Under the pieces are notes generated by a model. The model was not told the origin of the DNA. It ran no database searches and saw only the letters and a list, made by a program, of their open reading frames with translations. From the NCBI GenBank assembly GCA_016462645.1, contig JAEMSX010000002.1, forward strand, positions 57,481 through 121,480: a stretch of DNA of 64,000 nt. The letters run 5' to 3'. A program made the translations under genes and the position numbers. This DNA comes from Thermoleophilaceae bacterium (GTDB taxonomy: Bacteria; Actinomycetota; Thermoleophilia; Solirubrobacterales; JACPNS01). Positions 1 to 10,398 of the stretch are shown in pieces (the first letter of the stretch is position 1; the number at the start of each line of letters is the position of its first letter).

Positions 1-1326
1 CTGGCGCTGGCGAAGATCGAGGAACTCGATCCGACGCTGAACGCATTCACGATGACCGACGCCGACCGCGCGCTCGCCGCGGCCGATGCGGTCGAAACCG
101 GCGACGATCGCCCGTTTGCCGGCGTGCCGACAGCGATCAAGGACATCGGCGCGATGGTGGACGGGTATCCCTTCACCTGTGGCTCGCGGATCTTCGGCGA
201 CTTCGTCGCGCCGTTCGACTCGCATGTCGCTCGTCGCATCAAGGACGCGGGCTTCGTGATCGTCGGCAAGACGAACCTGCCCGAGCTCGGGATCCTGCCG
301 GTCAGCGAGTCTTCGCGCTATGGCGCAGTGCGCAATCCATATGACACCGATCGCACCCCCGGCGGCTCATCTGGCGGCGCCGGTGCGGCCGTCGCTTCGG
401 GGATGCTGCCGATCGCCCACGGGTCAGACGGCGCGGGCTCGCTGCGGATCCCTGCTGCCTGCTGCGGCCTTGTCGGTCTGAAGGCCAGTCGCAACCGCAT
501 CTCGCCCGGCCCGGTGCTCGCGGAATCGCCGATGGTCACCGAAGGATTCCTCACGCGCAGTGTCGCGGACGCCGCCGCGACGCTCGACGTGCTCGCCGGC
601 TACGAGAGTGGCGACGCCAACTGGGCACCGCCGCCGAGCGGCACATTCCTCGAGGCTGCCCGCCGGGATCCGGGCAAGCTGCGCATTGCCGTCTCGGTCA
701 AGCCGTCGATCGATGTGCCGGTCGCAAGTGAGCACCTGGAGAACGTCGCCGAGACCGCCAGGTTGCTCGAGTCGCTCGGCCATGAGGTGGTCGAGTTTGA
801 TCCGCCCTTCAACTCCTCGATGCTCGAATTCTTCATGGATGTCTGGGCGATCGGCATTTCCTCGCTCGCGCGCTCGGGCGCGCAGCTCTCGGGGCAGGAG
901 GTCACGCCGGACACGGTTGAAGCGCTGACCTGGGCTTTCTGGGAGCGCGGCAACAAGATCAAGGCGCTCGACATGGTGATGGTGGACAACACGCTCAAGG
1001 GTTTCGCGCGTCAGACGGTCGCGGCACTGGAGCCGTTTGATGCTCTGCTCACGCCGACACTCAACCTGCGCCCGGTCGAAATCGGCTGGATCGACGCGAG
1101 TCACGGCATGCCGGCATTCGACCGCGCAGTTCAGTTCACGTCGTTCACCGCGGGGGCGAACCTCTCGGGCCTGCCTGCCGTCTCGCTCCCGACCGGGATC
1201 GAGAAGGACGGGCTCCCCGGGTCAGTCCAGCTGATCGGCGGTCCGGCCGGCGAGGAGTCGCTGCTGTCGCTCGCCGGCCAGCTTGAGGATGCGCGGCCTT
1301 TTGCGCAGCTGAGGCCACGCCAGTAG
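1..1326 (+). CDS. Amidase-signature (AS) family amidase, 5' end cut by window edge
   Basis: Frame 1 is open from base 1 (LALAKIEELDPTLNAF precedes the first ATG at 52). AS motifs are present: IKDI, GGSSGGAGAAVA, GSDGAGSLRIPA. Confidence 0.85.
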   Translation: MALAKIEELDPTLNAFTMTDADRALAAADAVETGDDRPFAGVPTAIKDIGAMVDGYPFTCGSRIFGDFVAPFDSHVARRIKDAGFVIVGKTNLPELGILPVSESSRYGAVRNPYDTDRTPGGSSGGAGAAVASGMLPIAHGSDGAGSLRIPAACCGLVGLKASRNRISPGPVLAESPMVTEGFLTRSVADAAATLDVLAGYESGDANWAPPPSGTFLEAARRDPGKLRIAVSVKPSIDVPVASEHLENVAETARLLESLGHEVVEFDPPFNSSMLEFFMDVWAIGISSLARSGAQLSGQEVTPDTVEALTWAFWERGNKIKALDMVMVDNTLKGFARQTVAALEPFDALLTPTLNLRPVEIGWIDASHGMPAFDRAVQFTSFTAGANLSGLPAVSLPTGIEKDGLPGSVQLIGGPAGEESLLSLAGQLEDARPFAQLRPRQ

Positions 1327-1335
1327 TCTCGGACG

Positions 1336-2061
1336 ATGCCGTACGTTCGCGATCTCAGCTTCGGTTCTCTGGCGCCGGACTCGCGCGCTCCGAATCTGCT
1401 TGTCGGTTCAGGCGTCGAGATCCATCCGACCGCCCAGATCGGCGCAAACGTCGTGATCTACGACGACGTGACGATCGATGCGTTGGCGGTCGTCAAACAC
1501 AACTGCGTGATCGGCGAGAGCCCGACGCTCGCGATCGACACGCGCGCCGTGCCACAGCCGAAGGTGCGTACCGTGATCGAGGCGGGGGCGATGATCTGCA
1601 ACGGCGTCGTGATGATCAGCGGGTGCAGGATCGGGTCCGACACGATCATCGGAGACCAGTCGTTCGTTCGCGAAGGCGCCGTGGTGGCCGAGGACTGCGT
1701 GATCGGGCGCGGCTGCAGCATCGGTGTCGGCGCGAGTATCGGGCGCGGCACGAAGATCCAGAACAACTCGATCGTGATGCCGGGAATGGTGATCGAAGCG
1801 GACGTCTTCATCGGCGCAATGCTCTCGGGCGCAACCGATGACTCGATCGGACGCGATCCCGATCTCGCCCAACAGGCCGTGACCGTTCGCCGCGGCGCGC
1901 GGATCGGCTCGTCGGTCTGTCTGCTTCCCGGAATCGAGATCGGCGAAGAGGCGTTTATCGGTGCCGGGGCCGTCGTGCTCGACTCGGTGCCGCCGCGCGC
2001 GAAGGTCGCGGGCGTCCCTGCCCGGACCATCGGCGTCGTCGCCGACGAAGAAACGCTCTGA
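1336..2061 (+). CDS. Left-handed beta-helix (hexapeptide-repeat) acyl/acetyltransferase
   Basis: Reiterated [LIV]-G-x4 hexapeptides run through the 241-aa ORF (IGANVVI, IGESPT, IGSDTII, IGRGCSI, IGRGTKI, IGSSVCL, IGAGAVV). It starts 10 nt after the amidase stop. Confidence 0.75.
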   Translation: MPYVRDLSFGSLAPDSRAPNLLVGSGVEIHPTAQIGANVVIYDDVTIDALAVVKHNCVIGESPTLAIDTRAVPQPKVRTVIEAGAMICNGVVMISGCRIGSDTIIGDQSFVREGAVVAEDCVIGRGCSIGVGASIGRGTKIQNNSIVMPGMVIEADVFIGAMLSGATDDSIGRDPDLAQQAVTVRRGARIGSSVCLLPGIEIGEEAFIGAGAVVLDSVPPRAKVAGVPARTIGVVADEETL

Positions 2062-2064
2062 TCG

Positions 2065-2424
<360 letters not shown>

Positions 2425-2455
2425 TCAAATGCTCCTTTGAATTCAGGTGATTGGG

Positions 2456-3895
2456 CTAGCCGTGGCGGAAGCCGGCCGCGGCCGGAAGACCCGGGTCTGC
2501 GAGTTCGCTCGGCGGGATGAAGGTCTCGGGGTAGCCGTACATGCCGTGGTCGGTGATGTCGAGCCCGCCGTCTTCCTCTTCGGGTGACACGCGGATACCG
2601 ATCGTGTACTTGATTGCGGAGAACACGGCGAAGCTCGTCACGAACACGAATGCCGCGACGATCGCGACGCCCGCGAGCTGCACGCCGAGCTGCTGGAAGC
2701 TGCCGCTGTAGAACAGGCCGCCGATGAACTCGCCGCCGTCCTGCACGCCGACTCCGGCCTGTTCAGCGAAACGCGGAACCGCGAAGAGCCCGGCCGCGAT
2801 CGTGCCCCAGATGCCGACCATGCCGTGCGCCGTGATCGCACCGATCGGGTCGTCGAGCTTGTGGTCGATCCAGTTCAGGCCGAGCACGACGATCACCCCG
2901 CCGAGCAGGCCGATCGGCACTGCTGCCCACGGCTCGACGTATCCGGAGGGCGCCGTGATCGCGACCGCTCCGGCGATCGCGCCGTTGCCGATCATCGCGA
3001 TGTTGAAGTCCTTCTCGAAGAGATAGTTCGTGATCGTCGCGCCGATGACGCCGCATGCGACGGAGAGGTTGGTCACCACCGCGACCTCGGCGAAGTGCAC
3101 GCCGAGCGCCTGGAAGGTGGATCCGGCGTTGAAGCCGAACCAGCCGAACCAGAGGATCAGGATTCCGAGGCCGAACATCGGCATCGAGTGGCCGGGCATC
3201 GGGCGGCTCACGCCGTCGCGATACTTGCCGCGGCGCGGGCCGAGCAGCAGCACGCCGGCGAGCCCTGCGGTGGCGCCGACCACGTGGACCGCGGTCGATC
3301 CGGCGAAGTCCTCCATGCCCCATTGCTGCAGAAAGCCGCCGCCGTAGACCCAGTGGGCGGCCACGGGGTAGATCAGACCGCAGAAGATCAGTCCGAAGAT
3401 GATGTAGACGCCGAACTTCACGCGTTCGACCAGCGGGCCGACGGCGATCGCCAGCACCACGGCCGCAAAGCCGTACTGGAACAGGAACTTCGCGTAGATC
3501 GAGGCGTCGGATCCCGCCATCGCGGGGAACGAGGTCAGCGGATCGGTGAACCCCGCGAGAAAGAATCCCGTGGTCCCGAAGAAGTCCCCGTCGCCGCCGA
3601 AGCCGATCGCGAAGCCGACCGCCCAGAAGGCGACAGTCGCGATTGCGGCGTTGAGCAGGACCTTTGCGATGATCGATCCGGCGTTCTTCCCGCGCACGAG
3701 TCCGACTTCAAGCGCGGCGAATCCCGCGAGCATGAAGATGACCAGAAACGCGCAGATCAGAACCCAGAGCGTGTCGATTGCACTGTTGCTGGCCGCAGAC
3801 GAGGTCGTCTTGGCCAGCGCCGAGGTTGGCAGCAGCAGAAGTGACCCGACGGACGCGGAAAGCAGTCCGAGGGCACCGAGGCGTGAGCACTTCAA
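2456..3895 (-). CDS. amt: Ammonium transporter (Amt family)
   Basis: Amt motifs AGFAALEVGLVRGKNAG and LWFGWFGFNAGS, multi-TM. I place the start at TTG 3893-3895 (in frame, preceded by GGGAGA) with signal-like LKCSRLGALGLL. The 115-aa Arg/Pro-rich N-terminal part of track ORF 2456..4243 is rejected. Confidence 0.9.
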   Translation of the reverse strand: MKCSRLGALGLLSASVGSLLLLPTSALAKTTSSAASNSAIDTLWVLICAFLVIFMLAGFAALEVGLVRGKNAGSIIAKVLLNAAIATVAFWAVGFAIGFGGDGDFFGTTGFFLAGFTDPLTSFPAMAGSDASIYAKFLFQYGFAAVVLAIAVGPLVERVKFGVYIIFGLIFCGLIYPVAAHWVYGGGFLQQWGMEDFAGSTAVHVVGATAGLAGVLLLGPRRGKYRDGVSRPMPGHSMPMFGLGILILWFGWFGFNAGSTFQALGVHFAEVAVVTNLSVACGVIGATITNYLFEKDFNIAMIGNGAIAGAVAITAPSGYVEPWAAVPIGLLGGVIVVLGLNWIDHKLDDPIGAITAHGMVGIWGTIAAGLFAVPRFAEQAGVGVQDGGEFIGGLFYSGSFQQLGVQLAGVAIVAAFVFVTSFAVFSAIKYTIGIRVSPEEEDGGLDITDHGMYGYPETFIPPSELADPGLPAAAGFRHG

Positions 3896-3909
3896 GGTGT
3901 GTCTCCCGA

Positions 3910-3939
3910 TATGTGTTGAACGAGGGGTGTGTGGTGAAC
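3910..3939 (-). promoter_or_regulatory. Direct repeat pair upstream of amt-glnK (candidate nitrogen-regulator site)
   Basis: + strand TATGTGTTGAAC (3910-3921) and TGTGTGGTGAAC (3928-3939). 10/12 identical, 18-bp period, 15-45 nt upstream of the amt TTG start. Confidence 0.3.
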
Positions 3940-3996
3940 GGCGGGGGGAGTTTATGGGGCAGGTCGGTTGCCTGTGAGTAAAACTCTCCAGACGCG

Positions 3997-5598
3997 ATGA
4001 GCACCGTCGACTTCCAAACCGCCTCAACCGGGTCGCCCTGGGCGCCCTTGCGTCATCGCATGTTCTCGATCCTCTGGGCCGCGCAGCTCGGCTCAACCAT
4101 CGGCGTCTGGATGCAGGTCGTGGGCGCGCAGTGGTTCCTGGTCGAGTCCGCGCACAGCCCGGCGCTGGTCGCATGGGTGCAGACAGCGACGCTGATCCCC
4201 GTGCTGTTCCTCGCGCTGCCCTCCGGCGCGCTCGCTGATTCACGCAACCGCCGCACGATTCTGCTCGTCTCGACGTTCGCCTCGATGATCTTCGCCGGCG
4301 CGCTGACGGCGCTGGCGATCACGGATGAGCTGACCTCCACGTCGCTGCTCGCGATGCTGTTTCTGCTCGGCGGCGCGAACGCATTCATGCTGCCGGCCTG
4401 GCAGGCGATCCAGCCGGAGCTCGTTCCGCGCAAGGAGCTGCCTGCGGCGTCGTCGCTCAACGGCGTGATCGTCAACCTCTCGCGCGCCGTCGGGCCCGCG
4501 CTGGCGGGTGTGCTTGTCGCCGCCAGCGGACCGGCGCTCGTGTTCGGGATCAACGCCGCGTCATTCGTCTTCGTGATCGTCGCGCTGCTGATGTGGAAGC
4601 GCCCGCCGCAGAAGTCGCTCGGCCGCGAGCGGATGATCCCCGCGCTCGGTGCAGGTGTGCGCTACACGCGGTTCGGCCGGATCGTCCGTCGGATTCTCTT
4701 GCGCGCGGCGCTCTTCACGATCCCGGGTTCGGCGCTGTGGGCGCTGTTGCCATCGGTTGCGGCCGATCGACTCGGGCTTGGCTCAAGCGGGTACGGCCTG
4801 CTGCTTGCGGCGCTGGGAGTGGGCGCGCTGCTTGCCGTCACGGTCCAGCCGAAGATCCGCGCGCGTCACTCCGAGAATCGCATTCTCGCGGCCGGTGCGA
4901 TCGTCTTCGCGGTCGCCACGGTCGCCGCCGCGACCCTGCCGGTGGGCGCCCTGATGGTCCTGCTGCTGGCCGGTGGATTCGCATGGCTCAGCTCGCTGGC
5001 GATGCTCAACGCGCTGATGCAGCTCAGCCTCGCGCAATGGGTGCGCGGCCGCGCGCTCTCGATCTACTCGCTCGTCTTCATGGGAACGCAGGGCGTCGGC
5101 GCGTTCGTCTGGGGTCTGCTTGCCAACTGGACCTCGATCGAGACGGCGTTGATGATTGCGTCCGGCCTGCTTGTGCTCACGGCCGTGAGCGTCTACTGGT
5201 GGGGCCTGCTCCCGAACACCGGGAAGCTCGACTTCAGCATGGTGACGATGGAGCTCGCCGACCCGGACAGCGTCTACGAGCCGGAGCAGGCTTCGAGCCC
5301 GCTCCACGTCGCGGTTCAGTACTTCGTCCCGGAAGAGAACGACGCTGCGTTTGTCGAGGCGATGAACGGCCTTGAGCGCGCCCGCCGCCGCACGGGGGCG
5401 TATGAATGGCATCTCAATCGTCGCGCAGGCAGTGAGAAGCAGTGCACATACGTGGAGGAGTTCAGCATCGGATCGTGGGAGGACTACAAGAGTCAGGTCA
5501 CGGCCCGCTGGACGGCGGCCGACAGCGGCGTCTACCAGCGCGCGCTCGATCTGATCGAAGGCGATCCGTTGGTACGGCACTACTACAGGGTGGTTTGA
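3997..5598 (+). CDS. MFS transporter with C-terminal ~120-aa soluble domain
   Basis: 533 aa. About 12 hydrophobic segments, then a hydrophilic tail from ~aa 411. Divergent from amt. Confidence 0.8.
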   Translation: MSTVDFQTASTGSPWAPLRHRMFSILWAAQLGSTIGVWMQVVGAQWFLVESAHSPALVAWVQTATLIPVLFLALPSGALADSRNRRTILLVSTFASMIFAGALTALAITDELTSTSLLAMLFLLGGANAFMLPAWQAIQPELVPRKELPAASSLNGVIVNLSRAVGPALAGVLVAASGPALVFGINAASFVFVIVALLMWKRPPQKSLGRERMIPALGAGVRYTRFGRIVRRILLRAALFTIPGSALWALLPSVAADRLGLGSSGYGLLLAALGVGALLAVTVQPKIRARHSENRILAAGAIVFAVATVAAATLPVGALMVLLLAGGFAWLSSLAMLNALMQLSLAQWVRGRALSIYSLVFMGTQGVGAFVWGLLANWTSIETALMIASGLLVLTAVSVYWWGLLPNTGKLDFSMVTMELADPDSVYEPEQASSPLHVAVQYFVPEENDAAFVEAMNGLERARRRTGAYEWHLNRRAGSEKQCTYVEEFSIGSWEDYKSQVTARWTAADSGVYQRALDLIEGDPLVRHYYRVV

Positions 5599-5795
5599 TG
5601 AATCAGGACGATCAGAAGCTGGATCCGCGGGCTGTGCCGATCGCGGTCGCGTCGGCCGTGGTGATCGTGCTCGGGATCCTGCTCACTTACGCAAACACGA
5701 CGTTCGGAGCTGTGATCGTGCTGCTCGGTCTGTGCGGGGTCGTCTGGGTCGCGATCCTCGCTGCCCGCGGCGCGCCGACCGACCGGAGCGATTGA
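5598..5795 (+). CDS. Small membrane protein (65 aa, two hydrophobic helices)
   Basis: The ATG overlaps the MFS stop (TGATG at 5596-5600). MNQDDQKLDPRAVPIAVASAVVIVLGILL...VIVLLGLCGVVWVAILAA. The upstream part of track ORF 5442..5795 overlaps the MFS gene and is rejected. Confidence 0.5.
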   Translation: MNQDDQKLDPRAVPIAVASAVVIVLGILLTYANTTFGAVIVLLGLCGVVWVAILAARGAPTDRSD

Positions 5796-5800
5796 GTCAA

Positions 5801-5833
5801 CTGGCTTCCTCAACAAAATCACGAGGAAGCCGG
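5801..5833. repeat. GGCTTCCTC-type hairpin repeat, single copy
   Basis: CTGGCTTCCTCA-acaaaatca-CGAGGAAGCCGG, an 11-bp stem (one G:U). Starts 6 nt after the stop at 5795. Same arms as the array at 22874-23093 and the copy at 40406-40436. Confidence 0.7.
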
Positions 5834-5876
5834 TCTTGGGGGTGGGGTCGACGGTGGCACATAGAATCCCCCGCAA

Positions 5877-6482
5877 ATGCCAGAACTCACCTTCGACTCA
5901 AACGGCCTGATCCCGTGCATCGTTCAGGACGCCGACAGCGGCGCCGTGCTGACGCTTGCCTACATGAACGAGGAATCGCTCGGAAAGACGCAGGAGACGG
6001 GGGAGACCTGGTTCTTTTCCCGCTCGCGCAACAGGCTCTGGCACAAGGGTGAAGAGAGCGGCAACGTTCAGAAGGTTCGCGAGCTGCGCTACGACTGCGA
6101 CGCCGACGCGATCCTCGCGCTCGTCGAGCCGACCGGACCCGCCTGCCACACGGGCGAGACGACCTGCTTCTACCGCGGATTCGATGGCGAGCCGGCGCTC
6201 CAGCGCTTTGAATCGCCGGGCGAGCTCACGAGCACGCTGAACGCCCGCCGCGCCGAGATGCCCGAGGGCTCCTACACGACACAGCTCCTGAACGACCCAC
6301 CGTTCATCGCCGAGAAGGTGCTCGAAGAGGCCGAAGAGGTCACACGCGCCGCGCGCGAGGAGACCGACGACCGCGTGGCCAACGAGGCCGCCGACGTGAT
6401 CTACCACCTTGCCGTGCTGATGACGCAGCGAGGACTCAGCCTGCAGGACGCCTTCGCGATCCTCAACGAGCGCGCGCGCTGA
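5877..6482 (+). CDS. hisIE: Bifunctional phosphoribosyl-AMP cyclohydrolase / phosphoribosyl-ATP pyrophosphatase
   Basis: HisI motifs ([34 protein letters not shown]) followed by a HisE-like helical C-terminus ([15 protein letters not shown]). Confidence 0.92.
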   Translation: MPELTFDSNGLIPCIVQDADSGAVLTLAYMNEESLGKTQETGETWFFSRSRNRLWHKGEESGNVQKVRELRYDCDADAILALVEPTGPACHTGETTCFYRGFDGEPALQRFESPGELTSTLNARRAEMPEGSYTTQLLNDPPFIAEKVLEEAEEVTRAAREETDDRVANEAADVIYHLAVLMTQRGLSLQDAFAILNERAR

Positions 6483-7963
6483 TGGCGCTGCCATCGCTCG
6501 AAAAGGTCCGCACCCTTGCGGTTGACGGGGCGACAGTCATTCCGATCAGCGAGTCGTTCATCGAGGACGTCGAGACCCCGGTCTCCGCGTTTCTGAAGCT
6601 GCGCGGCGATGGTCCGGCGTTTCTGCTTGAGTCGGCCGAGCAGGGCAACCGCTTCGGTCGCTGGTCGTTCATCGGGGTCAAGCCGCGCGCGCTGATCACC
6701 CTGAAGGACGGCGTGCTGACCGTCGGGGGGGTCGCCACGGAGTTCAGCGACCCGTATCGCGCAGTCGCCGACGATCTCGCCAAGTACGTCCCGGCCGAAC
6801 TTCCGGAGCTCGACCTGCCGCCCTTCACGGGAGGCGCGGTCGGGCTGTTCGGCTACGACCTCGTGCGCTACGTCGAGCCGGTGCTGGGCGACCCCAACCC
6901 CGACCCCGTCGGCCTTCCCGACATGGCGCTCACGATCACCGGCGCGCTCGTCGCGTTCGACCACTTCAAGCACCGCCTGACGGTGATCGCAAACGTCTTC
7001 CTCGACAAGGGCGCAGATGTCGACGCCGCCTACGCCGCCGCAGAGGCGACGATCGCCGAGATCCGCGAGCGCCTGAGCGGTCCGGTTCCGCGCGCCGAAA
7101 AGCGTGAGGCCGCGTCGGCACCTGATTTCGAATCGAACATCGGCGACGAGGGCTACGCCAACGCCGTCGAAGCGGTCAAGGAGTACGTCCGCGCCGGCGA
7201 CGCCTACCAGGTGGTGCCCTCCCAGCGCTGGAGCGGCGAATGCCCGGTCGACCCGTTCAGTGTCTACCGCGGCATCCGCGCGGTCAATCCCTCGCCGTAC
7301 ATGTACTTCCTCGAGTTCGACGACTTCCACATCGCCGGTGCCTCGCCTGAGCCGCTCGTGAAGGTCACTGGTCGTCACGCCGAGTACCGCCCGATCGCCG
7401 GCACGCGCCCGCGCGCCGAGGACCCGGCCGCAGATGCGGCCCTCGGCGAAGAGCTGCTCGCGGACGAGAAGGAAGTCGCAGAGCACGTGATGCTGGTCGA
7501 CCTCGGCCGCAACGACCTCGGCCAGGTCTGCGAATTCGGCTCGGTGAAGGTCGATGACCTGATGCGCATCGAGACCTTCAGTCACGTCATCCACATCGTC
7601 AGCCAGATCAGCGGCACGCTCAAAGCCGGCGAGTCGGCAATTGAACTGCTGCGCAGCTGCCTGCCCGCCGGCACGCTCAGCGGCGCGCCCAAGGTACGCG
7701 CGATGGAGATCATCGACGAGCTCGAGCCGGTCAAGCGCGGCGCCTACGCAGGCGCCGTCGGCTACGTCGATTTCGGCGGCAACCTCGACACCTGCATCGT
7801 GATCCGCACGGTCGTGATCAAGGACGGGATTGCGCACGTTCAGGCCGGCGGGGGTATCGTCGCCGACTCCGATGCGGCGACTGAGGTCGCAGAGACGCAC
7901 GCCAAATCGCGCGCGGTCTTCAAGGCTCTCGAACTCGCCGCAGCTCAGGAGGACTGGGCATGA
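6482..7963 (+). CDS. trpE: Anthranilate synthase component I
   Basis: 493 aa. LLESAE, chorismate-binding C-terminal motifs ([25 protein letters not shown]). ATGA-type overlap with hisIE. Confidence 0.95.
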   Translation: MALPSLEKVRTLAVDGATVIPISESFIEDVETPVSAFLKLRGDGPAFLLESAEQGNRFGRWSFIGVKPRALITLKDGVLTVGGVATEFSDPYRAVADDLAKYVPAELPELDLPPFTGGAVGLFGYDLVRYVEPVLGDPNPDPVGLPDMALTITGALVAFDHFKHRLTVIANVFLDKGADVDAAYAAAEATIAEIRERLSGPVPRAEKREAASAPDFESNIGDEGYANAVEAVKEYVRAGDAYQVVPSQRWSGECPVDPFSVYRGIRAVNPSPYMYFLEFDDFHIAGASPEPLVKVTGRHAEYRPIAGTRPRAEDPAADAALGEELLADEKEVAEHVMLVDLGRNDLGQVCEFGSVKVDDLMRIETFSHVIHIVSQISGTLKAGESAIELLRSCLPAGTLSGAPKVRAMEIIDELEPVKRGAYAGAVGYVDFGGNLDTCIVIRTVVIKDGIAHVQAGGGIVADSDAATEVAETHAKSRAVFKALELAAAQEDWA

Positions 7964-8532
7964 ATGTTCTGATCATCGACAACTACGACTCATTCACGTA
8001 CAACCTCGTGCAATACCTCGGCGAGCTTGGCGCGGAAGTCGAAGTGGTGCGCAACGACGCGGCGACCGTTCCGGAGCTGCTGGCTCGCAACGCAGATCGA
8101 CTCGTTGTGTCGCCGGGGCCGTGCACCCCGAACGAGGCGGGGGTTTCGCTTGAGGCGATAAAGACATTCGCCGAGGCGGGCACGCCTGTGCTCGGGGTCT
8201 GCCTCGGTCACCAGGCGCTCGGGCAGGTCTTCGGCGGCGAGGTCGTTCGCGGAACACCCACGCACGGGAAGTCTGCGCTCGTCGAGCATGACGGCAAGAC
8301 GATCTACGCGGGCGTCGAATCGCCGATCGAAGTCGCGCGGTACCACTCGCTGGTCGTCAAGCCCGAAACTCTGCCCGACGTTCTTGAAGTCAGCGCCACC
8401 ACGGACGCACCGGAGGGCAGGATCATCATGGGCCTGCGCCACAAGGAACTGCCCGCAGAAGGCGTCCAGTTCCACCCGGAATCGATTTTGACCGGCACAG
8501 GCCTTTCGTTGCTGGCAAACTTCCTCAAATGA
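7960..8532 (+). CDS. trpG: Anthranilate synthase component II (glutamine amidotransferase)
   Basis: 190 aa. [22 protein letters not shown] (catalytic Cys), FHPES. ATGA overlap with trpE. Confidence 0.93.
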   Translation: MNVLIIDNYDSFTYNLVQYLGELGAEVEVVRNDAATVPELLARNADRLVVSPGPCTPNEAGVSLEAIKTFAEAGTPVLGVCLGHQALGQVFGGEVVRGTPTHGKSALVEHDGKTIYAGVESPIEVARYHSLVVKPETLPDVLEVSATTDAPEGRIIMGLRHKELPAEGVQFHPESILTGTGLSLLANFLK

Positions 8533-9584
8533 ATTCCGCCGCCGACGAGCCGTTGATACCGAATCCCGTCCTCACGGAGGCGATCGATCGCGCCGCGGAC
8601 GGGGAGGACCTGACGCTTGATTCGGCGGCCAACGTGCTCGACGAGATCATGTCCGGCAACGTCGGAGAGGCGCAGACGGCCGCCTTTCTGATCGCGCTTC
8701 GCACCAAGGGCGAGACCGCCCAAGAACTCGCCGGCCTCGCCCGCACGATGCGCCACCACGCGCTCCCGGTCAACACCGGTCGCCACGACCTCGTGGACAC
8801 CGCCGGTACCGGCGGCGGCACGCCGACCTTCAACGTCTCGACCACTGCCGCGTTCGTCGCCTGCGGCGCGGGCTGCGCGATCGCAAAGCACGGCAATCGA
8901 TCGGCCACCAGCAAGAGCGGCAGCGCCGATCTGCTCGAGGCGCTGGGCGCCAAGATCGAGCTCAGCCCCGAGTCCGTCGCCACGCTGATCGACGAGATCG
9001 GCTTCGGCTTCATGTTTGCGCCGGTCTACCACGCGGCCACCAAGTACGTCGTCCCGGTGCGCAAGGCGCTCGCCGTGCGCACGGTCTTCAACTTCCTCGG
9101 TCCGTTGACCAATCCGGCCGGAGCCGGCCACCAGCTGATCGGCGTCTCCGACCCGCGCTACCAGCAGGTCATCGCCGAAGCGCTCGCGGAGCTCGGCACC
9201 GACCACTCGATGGTCGTGCACGGGATGGATCGCCTTGACGAGCTTTCGGCCACCCACACCACTCGGGTGACCGAGATCCGCGGCTCGGAGATCAGCTCGC
9301 ACGAGGTCACGCCCGAGGACCTCGGGCTCGAAACCGTCGAGCCCGGACGCTTCTCGGCGGGTACGCCGGAGGAGAACGCGGCAACGACAAAAGCCGTGCT
9401 GAGCGGTTCCGACGGCCCGGACCGTACGCTTACGATCATCAATGCTGCAGCGGCGATCTACGTCGGGGGCAAGGCCGGTTCGCTGGCCGAAGGCGTGCAG
9501 CAGGCGACGAAGTCGATCGACACCGGCGCCGCACATGACAAACTGAACCAGTTCGTGGAGCGCTCACAGCTCCTCGCCGGGTAG
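8529..9584 (+). CDS. trpD: Anthranilate phosphoribosyltransferase
   Basis: 351 aa. [29 protein letters not shown]. Overlaps the trpG stop. Confidence 0.93.
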   Translation: MNSAADEPLIPNPVLTEAIDRAADGEDLTLDSAANVLDEIMSGNVGEAQTAAFLIALRTKGETAQELAGLARTMRHHALPVNTGRHDLVDTAGTGGGTPTFNVSTTAAFVACGAGCAIAKHGNRSATSKSGSADLLEALGAKIELSPESVATLIDEIGFGFMFAPVYHAATKYVVPVRKALAVRTVFNFLGPLTNPAGAGHQLIGVSDPRYQQVIAEALAELGTDHSMVVHGMDRLDELSATHTTRVTEIRGSEISSHEVTPEDLGLETVEPGRFSAGTPEENAATTKAVLSGSDGPDRTLTIINAAAAIYVGGKAGSLAEGVQQATKSIDTGAAHDKLNQFVERSQLLAG

Positions 9585-9601
9585 GGGAATACGCAGAAAC
9601 T

Positions 9602-10393
9602 TTGGGCAGCAGGATCGAAAACCTCATCACAGTGACGCGCGACGAGCTTGAGACGCGCAAACGCGCCGTGCCGGTCAGCGAGCTGGAGAAGCTGATCGCG
9701 TCATCAAGTCACGAAGGCAAACCGTTCAACGAGGCACTCGTGCGGCCCGGCCTGTCCGTGATCGCCGAACACAAGCGTCGCTCACCCAGCGCCGGTGAGA
9801 TTCGCGCGGGCTCGACCGTCTCCGAGATCGTCCAGGCCTACGAGCGCGGCGGAGCCGCGGCGCTCTCGGTGCTGACCGACGAGAAGAACTTCGGCGGCAC
9901 GATCGCCGACCTCGACGAGGCGCGCGCCGCAAGCGGGCTGCCGATCCTCGCCAAGAACTTTCACATCGACCCGTACCAGCTCTACGAATCGGCCGCCCAC
10001 GGCGCTGACGCGATCCTGATCGTCGTCGCATCCGTGAGCGAGCGTCGGCTCCGTGAGCTCTACGACGAGGCGCATTCCCTGGACCTCGACGTGCTCGTCG
10101 AAGTGCACAACGAGGAAGAGCTCGAGCAGGCCTTCGAGATCGACGCCGACGTGATCGGCATCAACAACCGCGATCTTGCGACCTTTGAGATCGACGTTGA
10201 AACGACTTTTGAGCTGATGGCCGACATCCCGACCGGGATCACGATCGTCGCCGAATCGGGGATCGCCAACATGGACCAGATCATGCGTCTGGACGATGCC
10301 GGCGTCGATGCCGTGCTGATCGGCCAAGCTCTGATGAGTTCTCCGGATGTCGAAGAGGCCTGTCGCGCGTTTTCGCGCGTCGACGAGGACTAA
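9602..10393 (+). CDS. trpC: Indole-3-glycerol phosphate synthase
   Basis: 263 aa, TTG start. IAEHKRRSPSAG, LSVLTDEKNFGG, INNRDL. Confidence 0.93.
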   Translation: MGSRIENLITVTRDELETRKRAVPVSELEKLIASSSHEGKPFNEALVRPGLSVIAEHKRRSPSAGEIRAGSTVSEIVQAYERGGAAALSVLTDEKNFGGTIADLDEARAASGLPILAKNFHIDPYQLYESAAHGADAILIVVASVSERRLRELYDEAHSLDLDVLVEVHNEEELEQAFEIDADVIGINNRDLATFEIDVETTFELMADIPTGITIVAESGIANMDQIMRLDDAGVDAVLIGQALMSSPDVEEACRAFSRVDED

Positions 10394-10398
10394 CGCGT

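Noticed and set aside
3896-4243. N-terminal 116-aa extension of the ammonium transporter ORF
   Set aside because: It is Arg/Pro/Ala-rich with no TM segment or signal, and it overlaps the divergent MFS gene start (3997). An in-frame TTG with a GGGAGA SD at 3895 gives a normal Amt N-terminal signal sequence.
6401-7900. 499-aa ORF on the minus strand
   Set aside because: It lies entirely antisense to trpE, whose product has unmistakable anthranilate-synthase motifs. The translation is Arg/Ala/Asp/Gly-rich low complexity, typical of shadow ORFs in high-GC DNA. The same reasoning applies to 62666..63979 (antisense to trkA and the oxidoreductase), 8304..9536, 11700..12584, 13723..14550, 19484..20458, 25516..26661, 26577..27563, 27732..28811, 58473..59498, 59863..60900 and 61578..62582.
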